From positions 1-42,651 of IMG/VR virus record IMGVR_UViG_2700989535_000001: a stretch of DNA of 42,651 nucleotides. The stretch is one strand, 5' to 3'. The notes under the pieces are model-generated. The model was given only the letters and a program-made list of their open reading frames with translations. It did not search any database and was not told the origin of the DNA. Positions 8,540 through 18,095 of the stretch are shown one piece after another. Position 1 is the stretch's first letter, and every line of letters begins with the position of its first letter. Source of the DNA: a virus (Duplodnaviria > Heunggongvirae > Uroviricota > Caudoviricetes). Both the position numbers and the translations under genes were made by a program.

Positions 8540-8812
8540 TTACCTCGCCGTCAGTTGTTTTGATTTCCGGTAGCCTGCCGCGTAAAGAGCTACGTTTGGC
8601 AGGCAAATACTTCCACTGCGTTCATCTTCTTCCTTACAGCGAAGGCTTCCGAGTGATGCTGCTTTATCTGCTCTGACGCAACCAGAGAGCTTTAGCGCAA
8701 TTTTTCGCGCCAGTCGCTGTTCTTGCATTGCCTGCTCACGTTGAGCCTGTCTGCGTGCTCTGCGGCGATTTCTGGCGTTATCGTCAGCCAGATATGTAAT
8801 GACTACTGTCAT
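8540..8812 (-). CDS. N-like antitermination protein
   Basis: Arginine-rich motif near the N-terminus (NARNRRRARRQAQREQ) like the lambda N ARM; first gene of the leftward operon from the operator region. Start chosen at the internal Met MTVVITY. Confidence 0.6.
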   Translation of the reverse strand: MTVVITYLADDNARNRRRARRQAQREQAMQEQRLARKIALKLSGCVRADKAASLGSLRCKEEDERSGSICLPNVALYAAGYRKSKQLTAR

Positions 8813-9014
8813 GTTGACCTCCGATGATTGACTTTGGCGGTGACGTGACGGGGGGAGGGAGGTTAACTCCCTGATGCTGTCGCGCTGCTGCACTTCACAT
8901 CACCCCAAAGCCAACTACTCTTTGGTTCCCGCATTTCGGCGGGACAATCCCATCAATGTTAAAGAGCCTGCCAATCTGTTCCGTTTGGCTACCAGCGTCC
9001 TGCTGATGGCTAAA

Positions 9015-9056
9015 GAATACTGTAGGTATTTTATTGTGTAAATACCCAAGGTATTT
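9015..9056 (-). promoter_or_regulatory. PL/OL region: two operator dyads (AATACTGTAGGTATT, AATACCCAAGGTATT) overlapping a leftward promoter
   Basis: Dyads of the AATAC-N5-GTATT type spaced 25 bp apart, same motif as upstream of cro; minus-strand -35 TTTACA and -10 TATTCT with a 17-bp spacer. Confidence 0.6.
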
Positions 9057-9186
9057 ATTTTTGGTGAAATAATGATAAGCAAATGAATACAAAGGATATT
9101 TATTTTTTCGGTGTCTGCTTGTTCAGTGTTTTTTATGCGGGATATGTGAAGTGGATCCCGATAGCTATTGCTGCCGGGATTATGGT

Positions 9187-9555
9187 TTAGTCAGCGAAGG
9201 TTAAGACGAGAATTACCTTAATGATGTCTGCTACAACAGACACGGCCATAGATAAACCAAAGACAATCCAAGCCATAGAGATGTCTTCACTACCATCGTA
9301 TAGAGTTCCGTAATCACTGGTGTAAGGCGTAAATGTCGCGCCTTGATACAATAGGTATAAGCTTGATCCATAGAGGATAAATGCAGATATCCCTTGTATT
9401 GCTATGATCACCAGAATCATGAAACGAGCTGATCTATGCGCCCAAGCCTGGCTTATTTTTTCTGATAGAGATTTCGCAATAAAAGCATGCGCTAAGCCGT
9501 AAATTGTCGAGATTGCCAACATCCCAAAAAAGCTTGCTATAGCGGTTCCAACCAT
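9187..9555 (-). CDS. Small integral membrane protein (3 predicted TM helices) coupled to cI
   Basis: ATG at 9555 with AAGGGG SD, 18 nt after the cI stop (track ORF uses a TTG overlapping the cI stop); three hydrophobic segments of about 25 aa. Confidence 0.6.
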   Translation of the reverse strand: MVGTAIASFFGMLAISTIYGLAHAFIAKSLSEKISQAWAHRSARFMILVIIAIQGISAFILYGSSLYLLYQGATFTPYTSDYGTLYDGSEDISMAWIVFGLSMAVSVVADIIKVILVLTFAD

Positions 9556-9572
9556 AAGCGCCCCTTGCGTGA

Positions 9573-10289
9573 TCAAACCAGCCTTAGTTTTGTCTCAATT
9601 GCAACGCCTATAATCTTGCAGTTTCCATTGATAGGCACGAGAGGCCATGCAGGATTAAGTCCCTTGAGGTATTTATTTCCGCCGTCGATTATCAGCTTCT
9701 TGAATGTTGCTTCGTTAGAGTCAGAAAGTTTTGCTATGACCAAGCTGCCGTTGATCGCCTCCCTTCCGGTATCGAAAAGAACGAATGTTCCTTCTGGAAT
9801 GCTTAACCCAACCGGTGCCGTCATTGAATCACCTTCCACTTTAAGCCAGAACGCATTACCTTGAATATGCGCGTCAGACTCAAGCCAAACATCTATGTCT
9901 TTAATGGTGTATGGTTCGCATGCTTCACACCACGAGCCAGCCTGGATACTGCTTAACACCGGATACCTCTTTCCTGCTCTGTATTCCCCTGCATACCTTA
10001 CGTTGGCATCGCTCTTAAGGCTTTCTGCCTGTTCTGCAACCTTGGCAGCAATTGACTGGCTAAAATCAGCAATTGAGACTTGCAACAATCGTGCAAAACC
10101 AGATGCAACCTCAACGTTTAGCGCGTTTCTGCCATTAAGATAATGCCCTACCGCTCCTTGGGTGATACCCAGTTCATCAGCGATTGAGTATTGGGTTATT
10201 CCCAATTCTTTCTTTTTTGACTCATACAAAGCCTTAAGCCGCTTAGCGTCTTCGAGCTGTTCTGTCGTCAGTGATTTTTTATTTTCCAT
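9573..10289 (-). CDS. cI: CI-type prophage repressor (HTH plus LexA-like S24 peptidase domain)
   Basis: Recalled similarity to lambda CI throughout (TQEQLEDA.RLKA.YE.KK.ELG; FWL.VEG.SMTAP; FKKLI.D); divergent to cro across the operators. Confidence 0.9.
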   Translation of the reverse strand: MENKKSLTTEQLEDAKRLKALYESKKKELGITQYSIADELGITQGAVGHYLNGRNALNVEVASGFARLLQVSIADFSQSIAAKVAEQAESLKSDANVRYAGEYRAGKRYPVLSSIQAGSWCEACEPYTIKDIDVWLESDAHIQGNAFWLKVEGDSMTAPVGLSIPEGTFVLFDTGREAINGSLVIAKLSDSNEATFKKLIIDGGNKYLKGLNPAWPLVPINGNCKIIGVAIETKLRLV

Positions 10290-10324
10290 AGCTTAATTCT
10301 AATAGCTAAGGTACTTAAACTAAA

Positions 10325-10366
10325 AATACCCTGAGTATTGATTGCTTTGAATACCTGTAGTATTCT
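10325..10366 (+). promoter_or_regulatory. OR/PR region: two operator dyads (AATACCCTGAGTATT, AATACCTGTAGTATT) overlapping the rightward promoter
   Basis: Same dyad family as at OL; -35 TTGATT and -10 TATTCT with a 17-bp spacer, followed by GGAGAG SD and cro. Confidence 0.6.
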
Positions 10367-10395
10367 TTGTTCATGGTTAATAACGGAGAGTGCAT

Positions 10396-10590
10396 ATGAT
10401 TCGAATGACACTTGCCGATTACGCCAAAATCCATGGACAGGCTAAAGCAGCCAGTGACTTTGGTGTAATCCAGTGCGCTATCAGCAAGGCCATTCTGGCA
10501 GGCCGTAACATCATGGTTACGGTAAAGCCTGATGGCAGTGTGATTGGAGAGGAAGTTCGTCCTTTCCCAAGCAACAAGAAAAACAAATAG
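10396..10590 (+). CDS. cro: Cro repressor
   Basis: Recalled similarity to lambda Cro (TL.DYA...GQ.K.A.D.GV.Q.AI.KAI.AGR.I...DGSV..EEV.PFPSNKK); first ATG 5 nt after the SD. Confidence 0.85.
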   Translation: MIRMTLADYAKIHGQAKAASDFGVIQCAISKAILAGRNIMVTVKPDGSVIGEEVRPFPSNKKNK

Positions 10591-10698
10591 TAACACCGCT
10601 CTTTAACAGTCATGGCCCTCATTCCCGCCGAAATGCGGGAATACAACGCGCATAAGTTGATGCGCATAACTTCTTATTTGTTAAGGAAATACTTACAT

Positions 10699-10977
10699 AT
10701 GGAACTTACAAGTACTCGCAAGAAAGCGAATGCAATTACAAGCAACATCCTGAATCGAATTGCTGTACGTGGTCAGCGAAAGGTTGCCGACGCGTTAGGG
10801 ATTAATGAATCGCAAATTTCGCGATGGAAAGACAGCTTCATCCCAAAAATGGGAATGCTTCTGGCTGTTCTTGAATGGGGTGTTGAAGACGAGGAGTTGG
10901 CGGAACTGGCTAAGAAAGTAGCCAGAATGCTGACAAAAGAAAAAGCCCCGAAGAACGGCGAATTCTTCGAGGCCTGA
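10699..10977 (+). CDS. cII: CII transcriptional activator
   Basis: Recalled similarity to lambda CII (SQISRWK...IPK..MLLAVLEWGV); start at an internal ATG with an upstream AAGGAA. Confidence 0.8.
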   Translation: MELTSTRKKANAITSNILNRIAVRGQRKVADALGINESQISRWKDSFIPKMGMLLAVLEWGVEDEELAELAKKVARMLTKEKAPKNGEFFEA

Positions 10978-11011
10978 TGTAGAAAGACTGGATCAATCCA
11001 CAGGAGTAATT

Positions 11012-11173
11012 ATGACAAAACGTCGTAAGAAATACCAGGAAAAAGAAGAGATTCGACACCCTGATTCACCTGAGGGATTAGTGGTAGCCGCAGCAAATAA
11101 CAGGGCGTTCGCAGAGCGCCTTGTTGGTGTTTACAGACTAGCCAAAGCAGGAGTGAAACATGGGCGTCGTTAA
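11012..11173 (+). CDS. Hypothetical small basic protein (53 aa)
   Basis: ATG with CAGGAG RBS; below the track cutoff; overlaps the start of the O-like ORF. Confidence 0.35.
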   Translation: MTKRRKKYQEKEEIRHPDSPEGLVVAAANNRAFAERLVGVYRLAKAGVKHGRR

Positions 11174-12050
11174 GTTAGCTGATTACAGGCATAACCCTGT
11201 ACAACATCAGGAGGCATCCAGTATGGGGTATGTCTCTATACACCGCCAGTTTATGGACAGCAGGCTCTATAAGGACTCTCAGGCAGTACATCTTTGGCTT
11301 CACTTAATCCTCAAGGCTAATCACGAATCTACTGTCGTCAATACGGATATCGGTCCGATAACTGTTGATCGCGGTCAGATGATAACTGGACGCCCGTCTC
11401 TGGTCAGAGAAACATTCATCCCCGACAACAAAGTTCGGAGCTTATTACGGACTTTTGAGTCGAAAGGGATGCTTAATATTTGCTCGATGGGGAAGAAATT
11501 TAGCCTGTTTACAATCGTTAAATATGACGATTTTCAGGCAAAAAATTGTCCAACGGTTGTCCAACGGTTGTCCAACGCAAACACCAGTAATGGCGCGGCT
11601 CTCAGCGGAGATTGTCCAACGGTTGTCCAACGGTTGTCCATAAACAATAATATAAATAATATCTCTAATACTGACGTATTAGAGAGTGCCACAGCAGACA
11701 AAAAGTCTGACAAGAAAAAACCTTCAGTTAGCTGTCAGGATGTTGTCGATGCTTACCACGAAATCCTTCCTGAAGCGCCAAGAATCCGCGCACTGAATGA
11801 CAAGCGTAAAAACCAGATCCGAACGTTCTGGCGCAAAGCCGGAGTGATAACCCGCCAGCTTGACGGGCATGGGTTCACGATGCAGGACTGGAGAAATTAT
11901 TTGAGCTACGTAGGCGAAAATTGTCGATGGATGTTCGAAGAGCGTCCAAACCATCAACGCGGAACTGTCTGGCACAAAAAGGGATTTGATTTCCTGCTTA
12001 ACGATAATACCTACCTGAAAGTTCGTGAGGGTGAACACGATGACCGATAA
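11160..12050 (+). CDS. Replication initiator (lambda O / P22 gene 18 type) containing the origin iterons
   Basis: Positioned between cII and the helicase; contains six 11-bp iterons that encode the repeated peptide CPTVVQRLS; start may be the downstream Met at 11223. Confidence 0.7.
   Translation: MGVVKLADYRHNPVQHQEASSMGYVSIHRQFMDSRLYKDSQAVHLWLHLILKANHESTVVNTDIGPITVDRGQMITGRPSLVRETFIPDNKVRSLLRTFESKGMLNICSMGKKFSLFTIVKYDDFQAKNCPTVVQRLSNANTSNGAALSGDCPTVVQRLSINNNINNISNTDVLESATADKKSDKKKPSVSCQDVVDAYHEILPEAPRIRALNDKRKNQIRTFWRKAGVITRQLDGHGFTMQDWRNYLSYVGENCRWMFEERPNHQRGTVWHKKGFDFLLNDNTYLKVREGEHDDR
11546..11641. repeat. Origin iterons: two blocks of 3 x TTGTCCAACGG plus adjacent AT-rich tract
   Basis: Perfect 11-bp direct repeats at 11546..11578 and 11611..11641, followed by an AT-rich stretch (about 11641..11690), inside the initiator gene as in lambda ori. 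Confidence 0.75.
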
Positions 12051-13476
12051 TTTTTATGCGCCGCCCCATAGCATCGAGGCAGAGCAGGCGGTGATTGGTG
12101 GATTGCTTCTGGATGATGACAGCAGTGAGCGCGTCCAGAAAGTTCTGGCGATGCTGAAGCCTGATTCATTTTACAGCCGACCACACAAAATCATTTTCGA
12201 AGAAATAACCAGAATGCACCGTGAGCAAAAGCCAGTAGATGGCCTGACGCTTTTCGATGAACTGGGGCGTAAATCGTTAACGGCGTCTGTTGGCGGTTTT
12301 GCTTATATCGCTGAGATCGCAAAGAACACGCCAAGCGCAGCAAACATCGTTGCTTATGCAATGCAGGTTCGCGAAACCGCAATGGAACGCTACGCCATCA
12401 ACCGCATGACTGAAGCGACGGAATTGCTCTATTCCCGCAATGGAATGACTGCAACGCAGAAGTACGAAGCTATTCAGGCGATTTTCACGCAACTGACAGA
12501 CCATGCAAAAACCGGATCGCGTCGCGGCCTTCGCTCATTTGGTGAGGTCATGGAAGACTGGGTTAGCGACCTTGAGAAGCGATTTGATCCATCAGGCGAA
12601 CAACGGGGAATGAGCACAGGGATCCCATCGCTGGACAGGATGCTGTCACCGAAAGGTCTGGTGAAAGGCTCTCTGTTTGTCATTGGCGCTCGCCCTAAGA
12701 TGGGGAAAACGACGCTATACAGCCAGATGGCAATCAACTGCGCAGTGCATGAGAAAAAGCCTGCTCTGATGTTCAGCCTTGAAATGCCAGGTGATCAGAT
12801 ACTGGAAAAACTGGTAGGACAGAAGTCAGGTGTTAACCCGAATATTTTTTACCTTCCGGCGACAAATGACGCTGATGACGGCTATCAGGGTGATTACGAT
12901 GGTGACTTCAACAGGGCGATCGAAACAGCAAATCGCTTGAGTGAAATCGACCTGCTTTACATCGACGACACTCCGGGATTATCTCTGGCTCAAATCGTCA
13001 GCGAAAGCCGTCGAATCAAGCGAGAAAAAGGATGTGTTGGCATGATTCTGGTCGATTACCTGACACTAATGACCGCTGAGAAGGCCGATCGCAACGACCT
13101 TGCTTACGGCATGATCACCAAAGGACTGAAGAACCTTGCCAAAGAGCTTGATTGCGTTGTTGTGCTTCTGACGCAGCTTAACCGCGCACTGGAAAGCCGA
13201 ACCAATAAACGCCCATTACCAAGTGACTCACGAGATACAGGGCAGATTGAACAGGATTGCGATTATTGGGTGGGGATCCATCGTGAAGGTGCTTTTGATG
13301 ACAGTGTTCCACCTGGTGAAACCGAACTAATCCTTCGTCTCAATCGTCATGGCAATACCGGCACGGTGTATTGCATTCAGGCAAATGGCGCTATTTATGA
13401 CACAGACCAACAGTCTGCTGAAATGCGCCGACGTGAACGCGAGGAACCGCAGTCCAAGAAGAAAGGAGGCTTCTGA
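12040..13476 (+). CDS. DnaB-family replicative helicase (P22 gene 12 type)
   Basis: DnaB-like N-terminus (SIEAEQAVIGGLLLD), Walker A GARPKMGKT; ATG overlaps the end of the initiator gene. Confidence 0.85.
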   Translation: MTDNFYAPPHSIEAEQAVIGGLLLDDDSSERVQKVLAMLKPDSFYSRPHKIIFEEITRMHREQKPVDGLTLFDELGRKSLTASVGGFAYIAEIAKNTPSAANIVAYAMQVRETAMERYAINRMTEATELLYSRNGMTATQKYEAIQAIFTQLTDHAKTGSRRGLRSFGEVMEDWVSDLEKRFDPSGEQRGMSTGIPSLDRMLSPKGLVKGSLFVIGARPKMGKTTLYSQMAINCAVHEKKPALMFSLEMPGDQILEKLVGQKSGVNPNIFYLPATNDADDGYQGDYDGDFNRAIETANRLSEIDLLYIDDTPGLSLAQIVSESRRIKREKGCVGMILVDYLTLMTAEKADRNDLAYGMITKGLKNLAKELDCVVVLLTQLNRALESRTNKRPLPSDSRDTGQIEQDCDYWVGIHREGAFDDSVPPGETELILRLNRHGNTGTVYCIQANGAIYDTDQQSAEMRRREREEPQSKKKGGF

Positions 13477-13552
13477 TGACCATCTACATCACTGAGCTAA
13501 TAACAGGCCTGCTGGTAATCGCAGGCCTTTTTATTTGGGGGAGAGGGAAGTC

Positions 13553-13993
13553 ATGAAAAAACTAACCTTTGAAATTCGATCTCCAGCACATCAGCAAAAC
13601 GCTATTCACGCAGTACAGCAAATCCTTCCAGACCCAACCAAACCAATCGTAGTAACCATTCAGGAACGCAACCGCAGCTTAGACCAAAACAGGAAGCTAT
13701 GGGCCTGCTTAGGTGACGTCTCTCGTCAGGTTGAATGGCATGGTCGCTGGCTGGATGCAGAAAGCTGGAAATGTGTGTTTACCGCAGCATTAAAGCAGCA
13801 GGATGTTGTTCCTAACCTTGCCGGGAATGGCTTTGTGGTAATAGGCCAGTCAACCAGCAGGATGCGTGTAGGCGAATTTGCGGAGCTATTAGAGCTTATA
13901 CAGGCATTCGGTACAGAGCGTGGCGTTAAGTGGTCAGACGAAGCGCGACTGGCTCTGGAGTGGAAAGCGAGATGGGGAGATCGGGCTGCATGA
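13553..13993 (+). CDS. ninB: NinB (Orf-family recombination mediator)
   Basis: Recalled near-identity to lambda NinB from MKKLTFEIRSPAHQQNAIHAV. Confidence 0.8.
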   Translation: MKKLTFEIRSPAHQQNAIHAVQQILPDPTKPIVVTIQERNRSLDQNRKLWACLGDVSRQVEWHGRWLDAESWKCVFTAALKQQDVVPNLAGNGFVVIGQSTSRMRVGEFAELLELIQAFGTERGVKWSDEARLALEWKARWGDRAA

Positions 13994-14517
13994 CTATCAA
14001 ATCAAATACGCCAGCACACGACAAGGACTGCTGGCAAACGCCGCTTTGGCTTTTTGATGCACTGGATATTGAGTTTGGATTCTGGCTGGATTCGGCAGCG
14101 AGCGACAAAAATGCTCTGTGTGCTCACTGGCTAACTGAGGCCGACGACGCGCTCAATTCTGAGTGGGTAAGCCACGGTGCAATCTGGAATAACCCACCGT
14201 ACAGCAATATCAGGCCGTGGGTGGAAAAAGCTGCTGAGCAGTGCATACAACAGCGACAGACGGTAGTTATGCTTGTGCCAGAGGATATGTCAGTCGGATG
14301 GTTCAGCAAGGCTCTGGAGAGTGTCGACGAAGTTCGCATTATCACTGATGGACGGATTAATTTTATCGAACCATCGACAGGGCTGGAGAAGAAGGGAAAC
14401 AGCAAAGGCTCCATGCTGCTGATTTGGCGACCGTTCATCAGTCCTCGACGGATGTTTACTACCGTATCCAAAGCGGCATTGATGGCGATCGGGCAGGGCG
14501 TCAGGAGGGCGGCATGA
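13990..14517 (+). CDS. Phage N6-adenine DNA methyltransferase (Dam-type, orphan)
   Basis: Catalytic NPPY motif ([10 protein letters not shown]); start ATG overlaps the ninB stop (ATGA); no adjacent restriction endonuclease gene. Confidence 0.75.
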   Translation: MTIKSNTPAHDKDCWQTPLWLFDALDIEFGFWLDSAASDKNALCAHWLTEADDALNSEWVSHGAIWNNPPYSNIRPWVEKAAEQCIQQRQTVVMLVPEDMSVGWFSKALESVDEVRIITDGRINFIEPSTGLEKKGNSKGSMLLIWRPFISPRRMFTTVSKAALMAIGQGVRRAA

Positions 14518-14690
14518 GGCGACAGCGACGAAGTTTCACCGACATCATCTGCGAAAACTGCAAATACCTTCCAACGAAACGCTCCAGAAATAAACGCAAG
14601 CCAATCCCAAAAGAATCTGACGTAAAAACCTTCAATTACACAGCTCACCTGTGGGATATCCGGTGGCTAAGATATCGTGCGAGGAAATGA
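14514..14690 (+). CDS. ninE: NinE
   Basis: About 58 aa from [20 protein letters not shown]...; recalled similarity to lambda NinE; start overlaps the methyltransferase stop. Confidence 0.65.
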   Translation: MRRQRRSFTDIICENCKYLPTKRSRNKRKPIPKESDVKTFNYTAHLWDIRWLRYRARK

Positions 14691-15034
14691 CAATGGATTA
14701 TTCACAGTTAAGTGATTTTGAAATTAACAGAATGGTAGGAGACATAATTTTTAAAGGCCTTTGGGCAAGTAAACCGGAAACATCAGGGAATAACACCAAC
14801 AAATGGTATTACGGAAATGCTGATACAACTTTTGAGCCATTAAATCATTTGCCTGACTACTGCAATGATCCGAGCGCTTCATGGCCGATTATTGAGAAAT
14901 ACAGGATTTCTATCTTAGACCAGTTAACTGAATGGTGTGTGGATGCAAAAGGCGTAAGCCCAATATTTGATACCAGACCTCTCCGCGCCGCCATGATTGT
15001 CTTTCTCCTGATGCAGGAGGCCAATAATGCTTAG
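14687..15034 (+). CDS. Hypothetical nin-region protein (about 115 aa)
   Basis: ORF from [14 protein letters not shown]...; inserted between ninE and ninF; not part of the canonical lambda nin set as I recall it. Confidence 0.5.
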   Translation: MTMDYSQLSDFEINRMVGDIIFKGLWASKPETSGNNTNKWYYGNADTTFEPLNHLPDYCNDPSASWPIIEKYRISILDQLTEWCVDAKGVSPIFDTRPLRAAMIVFLLMQEANNA

Positions 15035-15203
15035 CCCATCCCAATCCCTTCAATACCAGAAAGAAAGCGTCGAGCGGGCTTTAACGTGCGCTAACTGCGG
15101 TCAGAAGCTGCATGTGCTGGAAGTTCACGTGTGTGAGCACTGCTGCGCAGAACTGATGAGCGATCCGAATAGCTCAATGTACGAGGAAGAGGACGATGGC
15201 TAA
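15027..15203 (+). CDS. ninF: NinF
   Basis: 58-aa Cys-rich [32 protein letters not shown]..., recalled as lambda NinF-like; below the track cutoff. Confidence 0.6.
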   Translation: MLSPSQSLQYQKESVERALTCANCGQKLHVLEVHVCEHCCAELMSDPNSSMYEEEDDG

Positions 15204-15807
15204 ACCAGTGCGAAGACGATGTAAAAACGAAGAATGTCGGGAATGGTTTCACCCTGCATTCGCTAATCAGTGGTGGTGCTCTCCAGAGTGTGGAACAAAG
15301 ATAGCACTTGAACGACGAAGCAAAGAACGCGAAAAAGCGGAAAAAGCAGCAGAGAAGAAACGACGACGAGAGGAGCAGAAACAGAAAGATAAACTGAAGA
15401 TTCGAAAACTCGCCTTAAAGCCCCGCAGTTACTGGATTAAACAAGCCCAACAAGCCGTAAACGCCTTCATCAGAGAAAGAGACCGCGACTTACCATGTAT
15501 CTCGTGCGGAACGCTCACGTCTGCTCAGTGGGATGCCGGACATTACCGGACAACTGCTGCGGCACCTCAACTCCGATTTGATGAACGCAATATTCACAAG
15601 CAATGCGTAGTGTGCAACCAGCACAAAAGCGGAAATCTCATTCCGTATCGCGTCGAACTGATTAGCCGCATCGGGCAGGAAGCAGTAGACGAAATCGAAT
15701 CAAACCATAGCCGCCATCGTTGGACTGTCGAAGAGTGCAGGGCCATCAAGGCGGAGTATCAGCAGAAACTCAAAGACCTGCGAAATAGCAGAAGTGAGGC
15801 CGCATGA
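15196..15807 (+). CDS. ninG: NinG (Rap-like recombination endonuclease)
   Basis: 203-aa ORF with Cys clusters; recalled similarity to lambda NinG; conserved position. Confidence 0.75.
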   Translation: MAKPVRRRCKNEECREWFHPAFANQWWCSPECGTKIALERRSKEREKAEKAAEKKRRREEQKQKDKLKIRKLALKPRSYWIKQAQQAVNAFIRERDRDLPCISCGTLTSAQWDAGHYRTTAAAPQLRFDERNIHKQCVVCNQHKSGNLIPYRVELISRIGQEAVDEIESNHSRHRWTVEECRAIKAEYQQKLKDLRNSRSEAA

Positions 15808-16010
15808 CGTTCTCAGTAAAAACCATTCCAGACATGCTTGTTGAAGCATACGTAAACCAGACAGAAGTAGCACGCAGACTGAAATGTAGTCGCGGTACGG
15901 TCAGAAAATACGTTGATGATAAAGACGGGAAAATGCACGCCATCGTCAACGACGTTCTCATGGTTCATCGCGGATGGAGTGAAAGAGATGCGCTATTACG
16001 AAAGAATTGA
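15804..16010 (+). CDS. ninH: NinH
   Basis: 68-aa ORF, recalled lambda NinH-like; conserved position. Confidence 0.65.
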   Translation: MTFSVKTIPDMLVEAYVNQTEVARRLKCSRGTVRKYVDDKDGKMHAIVNDVLMVHRGWSERDALLRKN

Positions 16011-16653
16011 TGGCAGCAAATACCGGAATATTTGGGTAGTTGGCGATCTGCACGGATGCTACACGAACCTGATGAAAAAACTGGAGACGATAGGATTCGA
16101 CACCAAAAAAGACCTGCTTATCTCGGTTGGCGATTTGGTCGATCGAGGCGCAGAGAACGTCGAATGCCTGGAATTAATCACATTCCCCTGGTTCAGAGCT
16201 GTACGTGGAAACCATGAGCAAATGATGATTGATGGCTTATCAGAGCGTGGAAACGTCAATCACTGGCTGCTTAATGGTGGGGGCTGGTTCTTTAATCTCG
16301 ATTACGACAAAGAAATTCTGGCTAAAGCTCTTGCCCATAAAGCAGATGAACTTCCGTTAATCATCGAACTGGTGAGCAAAGGTAAAAAATACGTCATCTG
16401 CCACGCCGATTATCCCTGTGACGAATACGAGTTTGGAAAGCCAGTTGATCATCAGCAGGTAATCTGGAACCGCGAACGAATCAGCAACTCACAAGACGGG
16501 ATCGTGAAAGAAATCAAAGGCGCGGACACGTTCATCTTTGGTCATACGCCAGCAGTGAAACCACTTAAATTTGCCAACCAAATGTATATCGATACCGGCG
16601 CAGTGTTCTGCGGAAACCTCACATTGATTCAGGTACAGGGAGAAGGCGCATGA
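15988..16653 (+). CDS. ninI: Ser/Thr protein phosphatase (lambda NinI / PP-lambda type)
   Basis: Metallophosphatase motifs GDLHG, GDLVDRG, GNHE; recalled near-identity to lambda phosphatase. Confidence 0.85.
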   Translation: MRYYERIDGSKYRNIWVVGDLHGCYTNLMKKLETIGFDTKKDLLISVGDLVDRGAENVECLELITFPWFRAVRGNHEQMMIDGLSERGNVNHWLLNGGGWFFNLDYDKEILAKALAHKADELPLIIELVSKGKKYVICHADYPCDEYEFGKPVDHQQVIWNRERISNSQDGIVKEIKGADTFIFGHTPAVKPLKFANQMYIDTGAVFCGNLTLIQVQGEGA

Positions 16654-17273
16654 GACTCGAAAGCGTAGCTAAATTTCATTCGCCAAAAAGCCCGATGATG
16701 AGCGACTCACCACGGGCCACGGCTTCTGACTCTCTTTCCGGTACTGATGTGATGGCTGCTATGGGGATGGCGCAATCACAAGCCGGATTCGGAATGGCTG
16801 CATTCTGTGGTAAGCACGAACTCAGCCAGAACGACAAACAAAAGGCTATCAACTATCTGATGCAATTTGCACACAAGGTATCGGGGAAATACCGTGGTGT
16901 GGCAAAGCTTGAAGGAAATACTAAGGCAAAGGTGCTGCAAGTGCTCGCAACATTCGCTTATGCGGATTATTGCCGTAGTGCCGCGACGCCGGGCGCAAGA
17001 TGCAGAGATTGCCACGGTACAGGTCGTGCGGTTGATATAGCAAAAACAGAGCAGTGGGGGAGAGTTGTTGAGAAAGAGTGCGGAAGATGCAAAGGCGTCG
17101 GCTATTCAAGAATGCCTGCAAGCGCCGCATATCGCGCTGTAACGATGCTAATTCCCAACCTTACTCAACCCACCTGGTCACGCACTGTTAAGCCGCTGTA
17201 TGACGCTCTGGTGGTGCAATGCCACAAAGAAGAGTCAATCGCAGACAACATTTTGAATGCGGTCACACGTTAG
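16650..17273 (+). CDS. Q: Q late-gene antiterminator
   Basis: 207-aa ORF recalled as near-identical to lambda Q (Cys4 zinc-binding region CRDCHGTG...CGRCKG); followed by a PR'-like promoter. Confidence 0.85.
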   Translation: MRLESVAKFHSPKSPMMSDSPRATASDSLSGTDVMAAMGMAQSQAGFGMAAFCGKHELSQNDKQKAINYLMQFAHKVSGKYRGVAKLEGNTKAKVLQVLATFAYADYCRSAATPGARCRDCHGTGRAVDIAKTEQWGRVVEKECGRCKGVGYSRMPASAAYRAVTMLIPNLTQPTWSRTVKPLYDALVVQCHKEESIADNILNAVTR

Positions 17274-17315
17274 CAGCATGATTGCCACGGATGGCAACAT
17301 ATTAACGGCATGATA

Positions 17316-17344
17316 TTGACTTATTGAATAAAATTGGGTAAATT
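17316..17344 (+). promoter_or_regulatory. Late promoter PR' (-35 TTGACT, 17-bp spacer, -10 TAAATT) preceding the qut region
   Basis: Sequence matches my recollection of lambda PR' (TTGACTTATTGAATAAAATTGGGTAAATT). Confidence 0.65.
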
Positions 17345-17485
17345 TGACCCAACGATGGGTTAATTCGCTCGTTGTGGTAGTGAGATGAAAAGAGGCGGCG
17401 CTTACTACCGATTCCGCCTAGTTGGTCACTTCGACGTATCGTCTGGAACTCCAACCATCGCAGGCAGAGAGGTCTGCAAAATGCA

Positions 17486-17544
17486 ATCCCGAAACAGTTC
17501 GCAGGTAATAGTTAGAGCCTGCATAACGGTTTCGGGATTTTTTA
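17486..17544 (+). terminator. tR'-like terminator (end of the 6S-type leader transcript)
   Basis: CCCGAAAC...GTTTCGGG stem followed by ATTTTTTAT, as recalled for lambda tR'. Confidence 0.55.
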
Positions 17545-18095
17545 TATCTGCACAACAGGTAAGAGCATTAAAGAACTGGCAAAGAGCTTAACGGTCTGCG
17601 AAAGCATTTCTTAGTGGCACAACTGGCCGGTACAACTGAGTGCTCTTTCCGGTGTGGTGAATGCGCAGGCTGATGCGCGCAGGAGAGCTTCGGAAGAACA
17701 AGGTGCCTGTATACAAGCCGGAGATCAGCGCCGGCCACCACAGCCAAATCCACCCAGAGCAAAACCGTTGTTCATCCTTACCATTCCCTCAGTATTTTGG
17801 GATACAACCCTCAGCCCATTTTTTAAAGCGTACTTCCACCAAGAACTAGACCTAACCAACTCATTGCTGACACTCTGTGGATACGGTTGTCTAGTGCGCT
17901 TTAAAAAAGAAAACCCAGCATCAATGGCTGGGCTTCGTGATATGAGCGGCATGTATTGTTGGCGCAATCCACGCCTGATTTGCTCATGAATGCGGTCACG
18001 AACAAGCCCGTTACAAATCAACCGTAACCCGGATTTGTTCAAGCGACCATATCCATAATTCCTAATTTGAACAGATCCCCTTCTGGGGGTAAGAC

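Noticed and set aside
8538-8893. Longer versions of N (117 aa from 8893) and of the downstream ORF (153 aa from 8606)
   Set aside because: The extended N would cover the operator-proximal leader where nutL should be. The 153-aa version overlaps N by 67 nt, whereas the internal Met gives a 3-nt gap.
9083-9190. 35-aa hydrophobic plus-strand ORF (MNTKDIYFFGVCLFSVFYAGYVKWIPIAIAAGIMV) between OL and the cI-coupled membrane gene, considered as a type I toxin-like peptide
   Set aside because: No convincing promoter or RBS; it is antisense-convergent to the cI operon and lies in an AT-rich operator-proximal region where short hydrophobic ORFs arise by chance.
11546-11641. Direct repeats considered as a CRISPR array
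   Set aside because: The units are 11-bp contiguous iterons inside a coding sequence with no spacers of unique sequence; likewise the (GAGCCA)9 tract at 27382..27435 is a coding microsatellite. There are no cas genes in the window.
17545-18095. Possible cargo (toxin or tRNA genes) between Q/tR' and the holin gene, the slot that holds stx in Stx phages
   Set aside because: No ORF with an RBS or protein-like composition. The track ORFs here (17385..17591, 17654..17989, 17725..18180) are Arg/Pro-rich and overlap the PR'/tR' region and the S start. The region looks like a lambda-type late leader with no insert. A minus-strand hairpin with a T-run near 17905..17935 was seen, but there is no gene for it to terminate.
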